From an uncultured Acidimicrobiales bacterium (lineage in GTDB: Bacteria; Actinomycetota; Acidimicrobiia; Acidimicrobiales; SHLQ01): a DNA stretch of 64,000 bases. Location: assembly GCA_938023735.1 (NCBI GenBank), contig CALJDK010000077.1:966-64965 (forward strand). Reading direction: 5' to 3'. Positions 27,738-37,634 of this stretch are shown here, piece by piece (position 1 is the stretch's first letter; every line of letters starts with the position of its first letter). The notes under the pieces were generated by a model that did no database searches, was not told the DNA's origin, and was given only the letters and a program-made list of their open reading frames with translations. The position numbers were made by a program, and so were the translations under genes.

Positions 27738-29162
27738 ATGAAACATGCAGTTCTCCGCTCCCCCAGCGGATTCACCTCCCAGGTGTCCCCCCTACTCCGT
27801 ATCGGAGTCTTACTCGCGCTCATTGCGTTGACCCTGGTGTTTCTCCCAGGTACTGCCGAAGCCCGCAGTGCCGCAAACAAAGGAGCGTACGGTTGTGCGC
27901 CGCGGTCGCCGGGCCGCGACATCATTGTGCGCAACAAGGACGAGTTGCGGCGAGCGGTAGATTCTCGGCAGCCGGGTGATGACATTCAGGTCGCCACCAA
28001 CCGCATCATGGGTCCCATTCAAATGTTGGGCGGCACCAGTGGGTCCGATCGAAACTGGATCACCATCCGCGCCGCCAGGGGTTTCAAGCCTCGCATCAAG
28101 GCCACCGGGTTCGCCGGAGTTCAGATCGAGGTCAACTACATCCAGATCTGCGATTTCGAGATCTTCGGTGTTTCGCGCGCAAACAACCAGACCGAACGAA
28201 CCAAGGTCGGTGTTTCGGTTATCAACGCTCACCACGTTCGTATCGCCAACAACGAGGTTCGGAACTTCTCGAGCGGTGGCATTGCCGCCAACCATTCCAA
28301 CAACATTGAGATTGTCGGAAACGATGTCCACCACAACTCGTTCTGGAGCGGCGAGCAAGGCTCGGGTATCTCGGTATTCCAACCCGATCGGTCGCGCGGC
28401 GACCGGCGCGGCTTTTATCAGATCGAAATCGCTGGCAACCGGTCGCATCACAACGAGAACCGCGTTACCGCCCCACGAACCAACCCCGACCCAAAGAAGC
28501 GCATCGCAACCGACGGCAACGGCATCATTCTCGACGATTTCCGCCACGTGTTCCGAGACGACGGCCCCGGCGCCTACGACGGTCGAACCCTGGTTGCCAA
28601 CAATGTGGTGTTCGAAAACGGCGGACGCGGCATCCATGCTGCGCCAAACGGTGGCATCAAGGTGCACATCATCAACAACACGGCGTACCACAACATGAAG
28701 TCGCTGCTTTCGAACTTCGTGCCTTACGACACGTGGGCCCATGCCGAAATCAGCGTGGCCGGAACGTTTAACGAGGTCTCAAAGAACGTCAAGGTGGTCA
28801 ACAACGTCGCCATCATCAACCCGAAACTCGCGAGCCGCGGCGTCATGGCGTTCTTCCGCAACAACATCGGCGACGAGACCCTCGAAGAGCATCACAACAG
28901 CTTCAACGGCCCTGCCCAACGTGACTTCTTCCAGTATCCGGGGATTCGCTGGTCCGAGGGGCCACACACCCTCGGTAGGGGTTCGACCTCATCAGCAAAT
29001 GTCCGCTTCGGTAACCCCAGTCGCGGCAATTTTGGGCTCGCGGCGCCAACCAAACGCGGGTCCAACTTCTGGACCCGTCGAATCGACCGGCAAGATATCG
29101 CCGGCACTCGCCGCCCAATCGGCGGTTACCCAGAACGCGGCGCCTACGAGTACCAGCGATAG
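27738..29162 (+). CDS. Secreted right-handed parallel beta-helix protein (pectin lyase-like fold)
   Basis: Signal peptide ending AEA; Asn-ladder repeats IANNEV, IVGNDVHHN, TDGNGIILD, VANNVVFENGGRGI, IINNTAYHN; GAYE C-terminus. Confidence 0.8.
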   Translation: MKHAVLRSPSGFTSQVSPLLRIGVLLALIALTLVFLPGTAEARSAANKGAYGCAPRSPGRDIIVRNKDELRRAVDSRQPGDDIQVATNRIMGPIQMLGGTSGSDRNWITIRAARGFKPRIKATGFAGVQIEVNYIQICDFEIFGVSRANNQTERTKVGVSVINAHHVRIANNEVRNFSSGGIAANHSNNIEIVGNDVHHNSFWSGEQGSGISVFQPDRSRGDRRGFYQIEIAGNRSHHNENRVTAPRTNPDPKKRIATDGNGIILDDFRHVFRDDGPGAYDGRTLVANNVVFENGGRGIHAAPNGGIKVHIINNTAYHNMKSLLSNFVPYDTWAHAEISVAGTFNEVSKNVKVVNNVAIINPKLASRGVMAFFRNNIGDETLEEHHNSFNGPAQRDFFQYPGIRWSEGPHTLGRGSTSSANVRFGNPSRGNFGLAAPTKRGSNFWTRRIDRQDIAGTRRPIGGYPERGAYEYQR

Positions 29163-29229
29163 TCTTCGGAGATCCAACACCGGCTATTGGGATATCGCCA
29201 GATGTCTTACGAGGAGCAGGGACACGCTG

Positions 29230-29919
29230 ATGGTTGACACCCGACCGAGCGATGGCTTCGCAGGCGACAAGAAGACCGGCCAGTCCTTCCTCGGGCCGGC
29301 CGAACGACGGTTTATCGACTGGGGAATCCCCAAGATACCGAAGCCGATTCTGAGCCATCACCTCACGTCGCTGACGCTGCTGTGGTCGGCGCTCACGGTT
29401 CTGTTTGGTTGGTTTGCTGCCGACAATCTTGCCTGGCTTCACGGCGTGTCGGTGATGGTGTTTCTGCAATGGCTCACCGATTCGTTCGACGGATCGCTCG
29501 GCAAGTACCGAAAACAGGGGTTGGTGAAGTGGGGGTTCTATATGGACCATCTTCTTGACCTCATCTTTGCCGGCTCGATGGTGATCGCCTACTCGTTCCT
29601 GGTGCAGGCCAAGTGGCTCGAGTTTTTGTTTCTGGTGTTGCTTCTGGTGACCTGCGCAACGATGGCGGTGTCGTTCTTGTCGTTCGCAGCCACCAACCAG
29701 TTTCAGATTGCCTACTACGGCATCGGCCCCACCGAGATCCGCATTGCGTACATCGCGCTCAACACCCTGGTGTTTGTCATCGGCACCGAAGTCTTCAGCT
29801 GGGGTGTGCCGGTCATCGTGGCCCTCAACTTGGCCGCACTAATCGTGCTGGCCGCGCAGACCAGCAAGAACCTCTGGGCCATCGACTACGAAAACAACGT
29901 CGACGGCGCCGAGCGATAA
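29230..29919 (+). CDS. CDP-alcohol phosphatidyltransferase family protein
   Basis: TDSFDGSLGKYR...GFYMDHLLD signature, several TM helices; AGGAG RBS before ATG 29230. Confidence 0.85.
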   Translation: MVDTRPSDGFAGDKKTGQSFLGPAERRFIDWGIPKIPKPILSHHLTSLTLLWSALTVLFGWFAADNLAWLHGVSVMVFLQWLTDSFDGSLGKYRKQGLVKWGFYMDHLLDLIFAGSMVIAYSFLVQAKWLEFLFLVLLLVTCATMAVSFLSFAATNQFQIAYYGIGPTEIRIAYIALNTLVFVIGTEVFSWGVPVIVALNLAALIVLAAQTSKNLWAIDYENNVDGAER

Positions 29920-29954
29920 CCACCGCCAGCCCGGAAGGAAACTGCGGTAGAGCG

Positions 29955-31442
29955 CTACTGGTTGGTGGGGAAACCCAAATCGACTTTGCTCGTGGCCGGA
30001 TCGGGCCAGCGGGTCGTGATGACCTTTGCCTTGGTGTAGAACCTCACACCTTCGGGTCCGTACATGGTGGTGTCACCGAACAGCGAGTCTTTCCAACCTC
30101 CGAAGGAGTGGTAGCCAACCGGCACCGGTACCGGAACATTGATGCCGACCATGCCGGCATCAGCGTCTTCCTGGAACTTGCGAGCGGCCCCACCGTTTTG
30201 GGTGAAGATCGCTGCGCCGTTACCCCACGGGTTGTTCTTGATGAGGTCGACACCCTCTTGGTACGAGGCGCAACGCACCACCGAAAGCACCGGGCCGAAG
30301 ATCTCGTCGCGGTAGCAATCCATGTCGGTGGTGACCTTGTCGATAAGGCTCACCCCGATGAAATAGCCGTCGCCGTCGAAGCTGTGCTCGCGGCCATCGA
30401 CGACCACATCGGCTCCCTGGTCGACCGCCGAGCCGATGTAGCTGGCAACGCGATCGCGTGACTCCTTAGTAATGAGCGGTCCCATTTCCGACAACGGATC
30501 GGTTCCATCACCAATCGTGAGTTTCTCCATCCGCTCCTTAATGGCAGCGAGCAGTGGCTCGGCGATATCGCCCACGGCGGCCACGACCGAGATCGCCATA
30601 CACCGCTCGCCGGCTGATCCGTAGGCCGCGGAAACCGCGGCGTCCGCCGCAAGGTCGAGATTGGCATCGGGCAGCACAATCATATGGTTCTTGGCTCCGC
30701 CGAGTGCTTGAACTCGTTTGCCGTGGGCGGTGGCCCGCTCCTGCACATATTTGGCGATAGGAGTTGAGCCAACGAAGCTCGCGGCCTTCACATCGGGATG
30801 CTCGAGGAGCCGATCGACCGCCACCTTGTCGCCCTGCACAACGTTGAGGACGCCAGGCGGAAACCCTGCTTCTTGGAACAGTTCGGCCATACGGAGCGGT
30901 GCCGACGGGTCGCGCTCGGATGGCTTCAGAACGAAGGTGTTTCCCGCCGCCACCGCGTTGGGGATCATCCAAAGTGGCACCATCACCGGAAAGTTGAACG
31001 GCGTGATGCCGGTAACCACGCCGAGCGGCTGACGAACGGTGTGCACGTCGACTCCGGTCGACGCCGATGCGTTATAAGCGCCCCGTAGGTCGTCGGCAAT
31101 GCTGCACGCGTACTCGATGTTCTCGATGCCACGCGCAATTTCGCCGGCCGAGTCCGACAGCACCTTGCCGTGCTCGGCGGTAAGGAGCTGAGCGATTTCC
31201 TCGGCGTGCTCGGCCACCAGGTTGCGGAAGTTGAACATCAGCTTTGTTCGGGTCGCGATGGAGGTCTGGCTCCACGAATTGAAGGCCTTCTGCGCCGACG
31301 CAACCGCAGCGTCGACCTCTTCCACCGAGGCGAGCACAAGCTCACCACTTTGGTCACCGGTAGCCGGGTTGAAAACGGCAGTGGTGTTTCCCGAGGTCGA
31401 CGGCGCGGTGGCCCCATCGATGAGGTGCTGAATCGGCTTCAT
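29955..31442 (-). CDS. mmsA: CoA-acylating methylmalonate-semialdehyde dehydrogenase
   Basis: ITPFNFP, LKPSERDP, SFVGSTP, ALGGAKNH, GERCMA, EIFGPV. Confidence 0.93.
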   Translation of the reverse strand: MKPIQHLIDGATAPSTSGNTTAVFNPATGDQSGELVLASVEEVDAAVASAQKAFNSWSQTSIATRTKLMFNFRNLVAEHAEEIAQLLTAEHGKVLSDSAGEIARGIENIEYACSIADDLRGAYNASASTGVDVHTVRQPLGVVTGITPFNFPVMVPLWMIPNAVAAGNTFVLKPSERDPSAPLRMAELFQEAGFPPGVLNVVQGDKVAVDRLLEHPDVKAASFVGSTPIAKYVQERATAHGKRVQALGGAKNHMIVLPDANLDLAADAAVSAAYGSAGERCMAISVVAAVGDIAEPLLAAIKERMEKLTIGDGTDPLSEMGPLITKESRDRVASYIGSAVDQGADVVVDGREHSFDGDGYFIGVSLIDKVTTDMDCYRDEIFGPVLSVVRCASYQEGVDLIKNNPWGNGAAIFTQNGGAARKFQEDADAGMVGINVPVPVPVGYHSFGGWKDSLFGDTTMYGPEGVRFYTKAKVITTRWPDPATSKVDLGFPTNQ

Positions 31443-31527
31443 CGTCGTGTGTGCTCTCTTACCCCCTCACTCATCACTCAGGGGTGGTTGCTTACGGTTG
31501 TTGCTTGGATGGATTTCTGGCTGAGCT

Positions 31528-32100
31528 CTAGAGCTCGACGCCCAGTTCGCCGTGAATCGCGTCGACCGTGTCGTCGTCGATCCCGAGGGCACCTGCAAGA
31601 TCTCGCAGGTAGTTGATTTCCTCTTGCCGGTCAACGTCGATAGCCATCAGCGAGACAGCGTAGGCCTGTTGTCCGAGATCCCGAGGGACCGACGATGCAA
31701 ACGACTGTGCGTTGATGAACGGACCGTTGAGCTGCTCGCGAAGGTACTGCTCCTCGTCGGCTTGAAGTTCGCCGAGCTGGGCGATGATGTTGTCGACTTC
31801 CTCTTTGCTGACTTCACCATCGGACTTTGCCGAATTCACCATGGCCTGAATGAGAACTTCCGCCTGGTCGTTGTTGATTGATTCTCCACCGGAGCGTTTT
31901 TCGTCTTGTTTATCGTCGCCTCCGCCCATGAGTCCGGCAAGGCCACCGAGTTTGCTACCCATGCCTCGAGATCCGCGGCCGGCCAGCATCGAGCCAGCCA
32001 TACTTCCAATCATCCGGCCGGTGCGTCCGCCGAGCATGCCACCGACAGCGCCGCCGCCGACGCTTCCGAGCAGGCTTCCAAGAATACGAGTGAAGTTCAT
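31528..32100 (-). CDS. DUF533 (YebE/TerB-like) domain protein
   Basis: Gly-rich N-terminus, AMVNSAKSDG, AYAVSLMAIDVD..EINYLRDLA. Confidence 0.82.
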   Translation of the reverse strand: MNFTRILGSLLGSVGGGAVGGMLGGRTGRMIGSMAGSMLAGRGSRGMGSKLGGLAGLMGGGDDKQDEKRSGGESINNDQAEVLIQAMVNSAKSDGEVSKEEVDNIIAQLGELQADEEQYLREQLNGPFINAQSFASSVPRDLGQQAYAVSLMAIDVDRQEEINYLRDLAGALGIDDDTVDAIHGELGVEL

Positions 32101-32239
32101 GTGGGGGGTCTCCTCAAGACGAGTGCTAACGCTTCACGGCGAAGCGTCGCTCTCTTAATCTACCGCCAATTCGCCTGGAGTTCTTGACCCGCCGTCCAAC
32201 GACTTGCCCCGCCGCTGCTGTATCCGATGAGATGGCGAC

Positions 32240-33559
32240 ATGCGACGAATGCTTGCTGCAGCAATCCTTGGCCCCTCTCTGCTGATCGCGTCGCTCGCAT
32301 GGAGCGCTTACGGGATGCTGAATACTGCGCTCGATCCCGACCGATCTGTCAGGATCGCCGACACGCTGCTTGAAGACGAGCTCGTTCAGCAGCAGCTGCG
32401 GCAAAGTATCGCCGGTGCCGTCGGCGACCAGATCCCCGAGCAGCTGCCCGTCTCTGACGAGCAGCTCGAGTCGGGAGCTGGCGTTGCCTTGCAGAACCCC
32501 GTTGTATCAGTACTCATACGCGATGCATTCGTGCAGGCCCATCAGGCCTTCCTCGGCGAGGCTGAACCTCCCACCACGCTCGACGTTGGCGCCGCCGCGA
32601 GCGATATCCGGGAAGGAGCCCTGTCGGGAGTTCCTGGTGGCGGCGAGCTGATTCCTGATGGACCGGGCTTGGTTATCGATCTTCCCACCGACCAGATTCC
32701 CAACCTTGGCGGATTCCGCCGATGGCTCCAGCGCGTTGCGCCACTCATGGCGATGATTGCTGCGGCCGGGGTGGCGCTGGCGTTGCTGACGGCCAGGAAC
32801 CGCTCTGTGGTCCTACGACGGGCGGGAACCTGGGCGCTTGGGTCGTCGGCGATTTGGTTGGTGCTCAACGTTGGATTGCCGTGGCTTGCCGAGCAGTATT
32901 TCTCGGGCCAGGCAGCAATCGCTAGTGCGCTTCTTGATGCGTTGTTTGGGGCGATGCTCACACCGGCAATCGTGCTTGCGGTTTGCGGGCTGGCTCTGGT
33001 GGCGCTCTCGGTAATATGGCCCGATGGCGCGACTGCTGGGGCGCCCGCGTATCGAACCGATGGGGGCGGCGTGCTGATGCGTCGCCAGACCATGAATGAG
33101 GGGCCAAAACCAGAGCCGCTGTACTCGGCGCCTCCCGGCGAGATCACGCCGCGCTACGTGGCTCCCGATTCCTCTCGGCCGGCTGCCCAACCAGTACCGC
33201 AACCCGCCCGCCAATCTGCGCCCGAACCTATTATCCACAGACCTGTGGGAAACTCTTTGGCGGCACAACAACACCAGCAACATCAACAACCCTCGCAACC
33301 TGCCCCCCAAACTCAACAATCTCAACAGATTTCTCGGCCCGAATCTTCGGCGCCGAAACCACGTCCCGCCGCCAAGAAACCGCCGGTGGAACCCGGCGAG
33401 TGGATTCCCGGAGTCGGCTATGTCGACCCGGCCAAACCCGCCTCATCCGAACCCACAGGCTTCGAGCGGCCCCAGTCGCCCGTAGCGAAGCCGGCCACCC
33501 CAACCTGGATTCCCGGCCAGGGTTACGTCGACGAAAACGGCAACCCCGTCGACCCCTAG
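32240..33559 (+). CDS. Hypothetical membrane protein with Pro/Gln-rich C-terminal tail
   Basis: About 4 hydrophobic helices; tail contains WIPG(V/Q)GYVD twice. Confidence 0.7.
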   Translation: MRRMLAAAILGPSLLIASLAWSAYGMLNTALDPDRSVRIADTLLEDELVQQQLRQSIAGAVGDQIPEQLPVSDEQLESGAGVALQNPVVSVLIRDAFVQAHQAFLGEAEPPTTLDVGAAASDIREGALSGVPGGGELIPDGPGLVIDLPTDQIPNLGGFRRWLQRVAPLMAMIAAAGVALALLTARNRSVVLRRAGTWALGSSAIWLVLNVGLPWLAEQYFSGQAAIASALLDALFGAMLTPAIVLAVCGLALVALSVIWPDGATAGAPAYRTDGGGVLMRRQTMNEGPKPEPLYSAPPGEITPRYVAPDSSRPAAQPVPQPARQSAPEPIIHRPVGNSLAAQQHQQHQQPSQPAPQTQQSQQISRPESSAPKPRPAAKKPPVEPGEWIPGVGYVDPAKPASSEPTGFERPQSPVAKPATPTWIPGQGYVDENGNPVDP

Positions 33560-33687
33560 GCTCTTCGGAGGGCCGCGATTCGTTCAGCCGTCGATCAACC
33601 AAAATCGGAGCACGCGGCGGCCCAAGCTGCCACCTCACCTGCGGTGACGTCTTGGCCACCAGAGGTGGGATTTGCCAGAATGACCCT

Positions 33688-34800
33688 ATGGCAGACGATT
33701 CTGGGCCCGGCCGCACACCAGCGGCGAAGCGACCTGACCTTCGCGTCGTCAATCCGCTCGAACTTGACCCCGCTACCGCGGAAGCAAAACGTCGACTGCT
33801 CAGGCCCGAGCCGAAACCTCGCTCACCGCACGAACCCATGGTCGTAACGTTCTTGGTGCTCATCGCCGTAGTTACTCTGGCCATCGGCTATTTCGGCGGG
33901 CAAAACAATGCGCTCTTTGCTACTACTCCCCTAGCCAACGAAGAAGCCGCTGCACCCGGGGTGACTACTCCAGACACGGTCGCCCCAGCCACTACTGCGC
34001 CTCTGCCCCCAGCCACCGCCGCTCCCCTGCCCACAGCCACCACCCTTTTGCCAGCCGTTGTCGAACCGCCCACTCTTGGCGACGACTTCGAGACCGAGTT
34101 CGCTGAAACCTTTGCTGCCGCCGAGCGCGCCGATAGTCCCCCAACCGCAAGCACATCCTCCGACATCAGTGGCTCAAGCGCCGAACAGTCCTCGCAACTC
34201 GCGGCGGGCATTGCCACGGCACTTGAGGGTCGCGATACCGACGCGCCAGTTCTTTCTAGTGGCACGGTCGTCGAACTCGACGCAACCACTCTCGACACAG
34301 CCACTCTCGACACAACTGCTCTCGACACTCCTGACGTCGAGCTTCCTGACGATGCTTCTCTTGACCCCGGCGCCGTGTTCATCGCCATCACCACCGACAT
34401 CTTTGGCGACGACCTGCCCACCGTGGTGCAGCTCGACGAGGCCGGCGAGGAGTTCGAAATCGATGGCGGCATCCGGTTCGGCTACAAGAGCCGGACGATC
34501 GATGGCCAGTACCTTCCGTTTCTTGACCGCTTGGTATCCCTGATGGAGCAGCGCCCAAACCTCACCCTGGCGGTCATTGGCCACACCGATAGCCGTGGTG
34601 ATGCGGCCAAGAACCGGAAGCTGTCGCAGGCTCGAGCCGATTCGGTCGTTGCGTACCTCATGTTTCGTGGCATCGACAGCAACCGACTCAGCGCAATCGG
34701 TGAGGGCGCAAACCAGCCGGTGGCTTCCAACGACACCGAGGCTGGCCGTGAGCTCAACCGACGCATTCAATTGCTTCTTGATCGTCGCGCCAGCGACTAA
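33688..34800 (+). CDS. Membrane-anchored OmpA/MotB C-terminal domain protein
   Basis: Single TM helix, Thr/Pro/Ala linker, GHTDSRG..NRKLSQARA, NDTEAGRELNRR. Confidence 0.88.
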   Translation: MADDSGPGRTPAAKRPDLRVVNPLELDPATAEAKRRLLRPEPKPRSPHEPMVVTFLVLIAVVTLAIGYFGGQNNALFATTPLANEEAAAPGVTTPDTVAPATTAPLPPATAAPLPTATTLLPAVVEPPTLGDDFETEFAETFAAAERADSPPTASTSSDISGSSAEQSSQLAAGIATALEGRDTDAPVLSSGTVVELDATTLDTATLDTTALDTPDVELPDDASLDPGAVFIAITTDIFGDDLPTVVQLDEAGEEFEIDGGIRFGYKSRTIDGQYLPFLDRLVSLMEQRPNLTLAVIGHTDSRGDAAKNRKLSQARADSVVAYLMFRGIDSNRLSAIGEGANQPVASNDTEAGRELNRRIQLLLDRRASD

Positions 34801-34831
34801 CCAGCTGCGCTGCGAAGGCTGCTAGCAAAGG

Positions 34832-35644
34832 GTGATGACATCACTCCTGCTCACCAACGACGATGGCATCGATTCACCAGCGTTGCTTCCGACGTACCGG
34901 GCACTCGCACCGTTGTTCGACCATGTCAGGGTCGTGGTTCCTCACGTCGAACGAAGCTGGATCGGCAAGGCCATCAACCGCAAAGACGAGATCGAGGTCG
35001 GGGCCCAAACTCGTGAGGGTGTGGACATCCTCACCACCACCGGTTTTCCGGCCGACTGCACCCAGGTCGGTGTGTTTAACACCGACGGACCACGCCCAAC
35101 CATGGTCGTCTCTGGCATCAATATCGGAGCCAATCACAGCACGGCGTTTCTGTACGGCAGCGGAACGGTTGGTGCAGCCATCGAAGGCGCCTTGGTGGGC
35201 ATCCCGTCAATCGCTCTTTCGGCCAGTAGCGGTGCCGACAACTTCGGCGAGTGGAACGCCTTCATGCGGACACAAGAGTCGATCCCCACCTGGGAAACCA
35301 CTGCTGGTGTCTGCGCCACGCTTGTCGACCGCGTGCTGCAGAACGGGTTCCCCGGCGATATCGACGTGCTTAGCGTGAATCTCCCAGAAGGGGTCACGAG
35401 CGAGAGTCCGGTGGTCGCGGCCCGCCTCGGCCATACCGGATACGGACAGCTCTTCCAAGAGCAGCGGCCTGGCGTGCTCAAGCACCAATGGCAGAGCGAC
35501 GTTGCAGCGGTGGAAGGCGAAACGCTCGAGGACTCCGACATTGCGCTCTGCCATGACGGGAGCATTGTGGTGACGCCCCTCCAACTCCCCCGGCTCAGCG
35601 GCTCGCTCGAATCGACGCAGTCGCTCTTCGGGTCGCCGCAGTAG
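34832..35644 (+). CDS. surE: 5'/3'-nucleotidase SurE
   Basis: LLTNDDG, PADC, VSGINIGAN, SGTVGAAIEG, VTPL. Confidence 0.88.
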   Translation: MMTSLLLTNDDGIDSPALLPTYRALAPLFDHVRVVVPHVERSWIGKAINRKDEIEVGAQTREGVDILTTTGFPADCTQVGVFNTDGPRPTMVVSGINIGANHSTAFLYGSGTVGAAIEGALVGIPSIALSASSGADNFGEWNAFMRTQESIPTWETTAGVCATLVDRVLQNGFPGDIDVLSVNLPEGVTSESPVVAARLGHTGYGQLFQEQRPGVLKHQWQSDVAAVEGETLEDSDIALCHDGSIVVTPLQLPRLSGSLESTQSLFGSPQ

Positions 35645-35682
35645 CGATTCGACCCGATCAGGCATTTTTGTTAGCGCTGCGA

Positions 35683-35745
35683 CGCTGTTGTCGGAGCTGC
35701 CGCGCTGTTCTCGGAGCTCAGCGCTGTTAGCGGAGCTGCAGCGCT
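35683..35745. repeat. Three degenerate 19-20 nt tandem repeats overlapping the DUF3048 stop
   Basis: CGCTGTTGTCGGAGCTGCCG / CGCTGTTCTCGGAGCTCAG / CGCTGTTAGCGGAGCTGCAG. Confidence 0.7.
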
Positions 35746-37064
35746 CCGGGAGTTACGATTTCGATCCAGGTGACACCGGGGGTCAGTTCGATCACGCTTC
35801 CGTCACCGCGAGTCAGGGTGGCCGCGTCTCGCAACGTGGGCCGAGTCCAAACACCCGACACGGCCTTGCCGTCGCTGAGGACGGTGGCTGGGCCACTACC
35901 GACGAACACGAACTCGGGTACCACCGCTCCCCCGCTGTCCTTCATACCGGTAGGAATCTCCGAGACTTCCACCACCACCACGTTGGCAGCGGCAAGCACT
36001 GTGCCATCGACCATCGTGTGCGCCGTCCCGCGTTGGCTTCGACTCCACACATCGCCGGTCCAAGCCCAGTCAATCGCAACCGACGGAAACGCGACGGTGG
36101 CTCCCGAAACCTCGCGGCCTCGCGACGCCGTGCCTTCGGCCCGGTAGGTGAACTGGGCTGGCGGTGCCGATGATTGCGCGGCTGCCCACAGCTGCGATGC
36201 CGAGGTGTACAGGTTGTGGGGAGCACGCCGGCTTGAACTCCGCCAGTACGCGCCGAAACGAAGGGCCCCAAGATTCTGGACAAGCTCCTGTCGCAGCAGC
36301 ATCGCCTCGGTCAAATCGTTTGCGCCCGAGTAGGCCAGGATCGGCCGACCCAATCCGCTGAGGTAGGAAATGTCGGTGGTGCGACCCGACCGAACGGGCC
36401 CAATGTCGCCACCCGCAGAATGAAACACCGCTGCGAGGCGCGTGATGCCGCCTTCGACTTCCTCTTCGATAATCAGGTCGGCAGCATCGAGTCCGGTGTG
36501 GGGCCGACCGCTCTCGCTATTGTCGATCTTCACCACCAGCGCGGCCCGACTCTGCGCCGTGCCGGGCAAACCGGTCAGCGGGTGGGTGCCAGGTGCAGCG
36601 ACTGGAGCGGGCGCAACCGGTGCGGCCACCGGTGTATCGAGACCCAACGTTCCCAAGAAGCCCTGATACTGCGCCGCCGGGTCGACGGGCGCCGGGGGTG
36701 CTGTGGGGTTTGGCGCACGGGTATCTGCTGGCTCGGGCACGGTAGCCGGTACCCAACTCGTGGATGTTGCGGTGGCGGCCGCCAAGCCATCCAAGACGCT
36801 CTTGGGAAGCACAAATGCCGGGCCAGACTGCTCGGCCATGGTCGTCGACGGTGCGGGTTGTCCGGAGGGCGAAGCCGAGGTTGGAGGCGCCAGAGACACA
36901 GGTGGACTGGTGTTGGAAAGCTCGATGACTTCCCGCGTTGATGTCGGGGCAACCCCACGAACTGATTCGTTCCCACAACCAGCGACCGCCAGAAGAAACA
37001 GCAGCGAACATAGAGCTGGTGTGGGAACGGCCCGAAACCGGCGCGTGAAGGTACTCGATCGCAC
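35727..37064 (-). CDS. DUF3048 domain lipoprotein
   Basis: Lipobox VAGC, PLTGLP, VKIDN, EEEVEGGITRL, GPVRSGR, RRAPHNLY. Confidence 0.88.
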   Translation of the reverse strand: MRSSTFTRRFRAVPTPALCSLLFLLAVAGCGNESVRGVAPTSTREVIELSNTSPPVSLAPPTSASPSGQPAPSTTMAEQSGPAFVLPKSVLDGLAAATATSTSWVPATVPEPADTRAPNPTAPPAPVDPAAQYQGFLGTLGLDTPVAAPVAPAPVAAPGTHPLTGLPGTAQSRAALVVKIDNSESGRPHTGLDAADLIIEEEVEGGITRLAAVFHSAGGDIGPVRSGRTTDISYLSGLGRPILAYSGANDLTEAMLLRQELVQNLGALRFGAYWRSSSRRAPHNLYTSASQLWAAAQSSAPPAQFTYRAEGTASRGREVSGATVAFPSVAIDWAWTGDVWSRSQRGTAHTMVDGTVLAAANVVVVEVSEIPTGMKDSGGAVVPEFVFVGSGPATVLSDGKAVSGVWTRPTLRDAATLTRGDGSVIELTPGVTWIEIVTPGALQLR

Positions 37065-37088
37065 CTTCCAACATCGGCATTCGGGCGC

Positions 37089-37535
37089 CTAATCGGAGGA
37101 TTCTGCGGACTCGGCGGGCCTCGCCTGGCCGGTGCCTTGAAGGTCGATGGCTACGACCTCTCGGGCGTAGTCGAGTAACCACTCGAACAACTCGGCCCGC
37201 ACCAAACCAGATGCGGCTTTGGCTCGCTCGACATCGTCGATGGCCAGCTTCAGCTGGAGACGCTTGCTCTCGAAGTCCTCGAATGTCGAACGGCTCACCA
37301 CGAGGCGATCGGGGTCGCGGCCATCGCCAACCGCCGTTCGGCGCTCGACGTAATGCTGTTGACGGCAGCTCTGGCTGCAATAGACCCGAGGCCGACCCGG
37401 CCCCGACCGAGTGAGAAAGATCGCGCCGCACCACCGGCACCGCTCGCCGGCGTGTTCGGCCCGGTCGTCAGAAACGCTCGCTTTTGCCGTCTCCCCGGCA
37501 GTGTCCCCCGCTATATCTCCCGCAGTGTTCCCCAC
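37089..37535 (-). CDS. Small hypothetical protein with Cys4 zinc-ribbon
   Basis: CRWC...GPGRPRVYCSQSCRQ. Confidence 0.7.
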   Translation of the reverse strand: MGNTAGDIAGDTAGETAKASVSDDRAEHAGERCRWCGAIFLTRSGPGRPRVYCSQSCRQQHYVERRTAVGDGRDPDRLVVSRSTFEDFESKRLQLKLAIDDVERAKAASGLVRAELFEWLLDYAREVVAIDLQGTGQARPAESAESSD

Positions 37536-37634
37536 AGCACCTCCCCCGGCCGCCTACCCGACGCCAACCTACTCCACCTTCCGCCACCCGGGCTCGACTG
37601 GCTGTTGGCACAAGACGTGGGCGATGCTGGAGTG

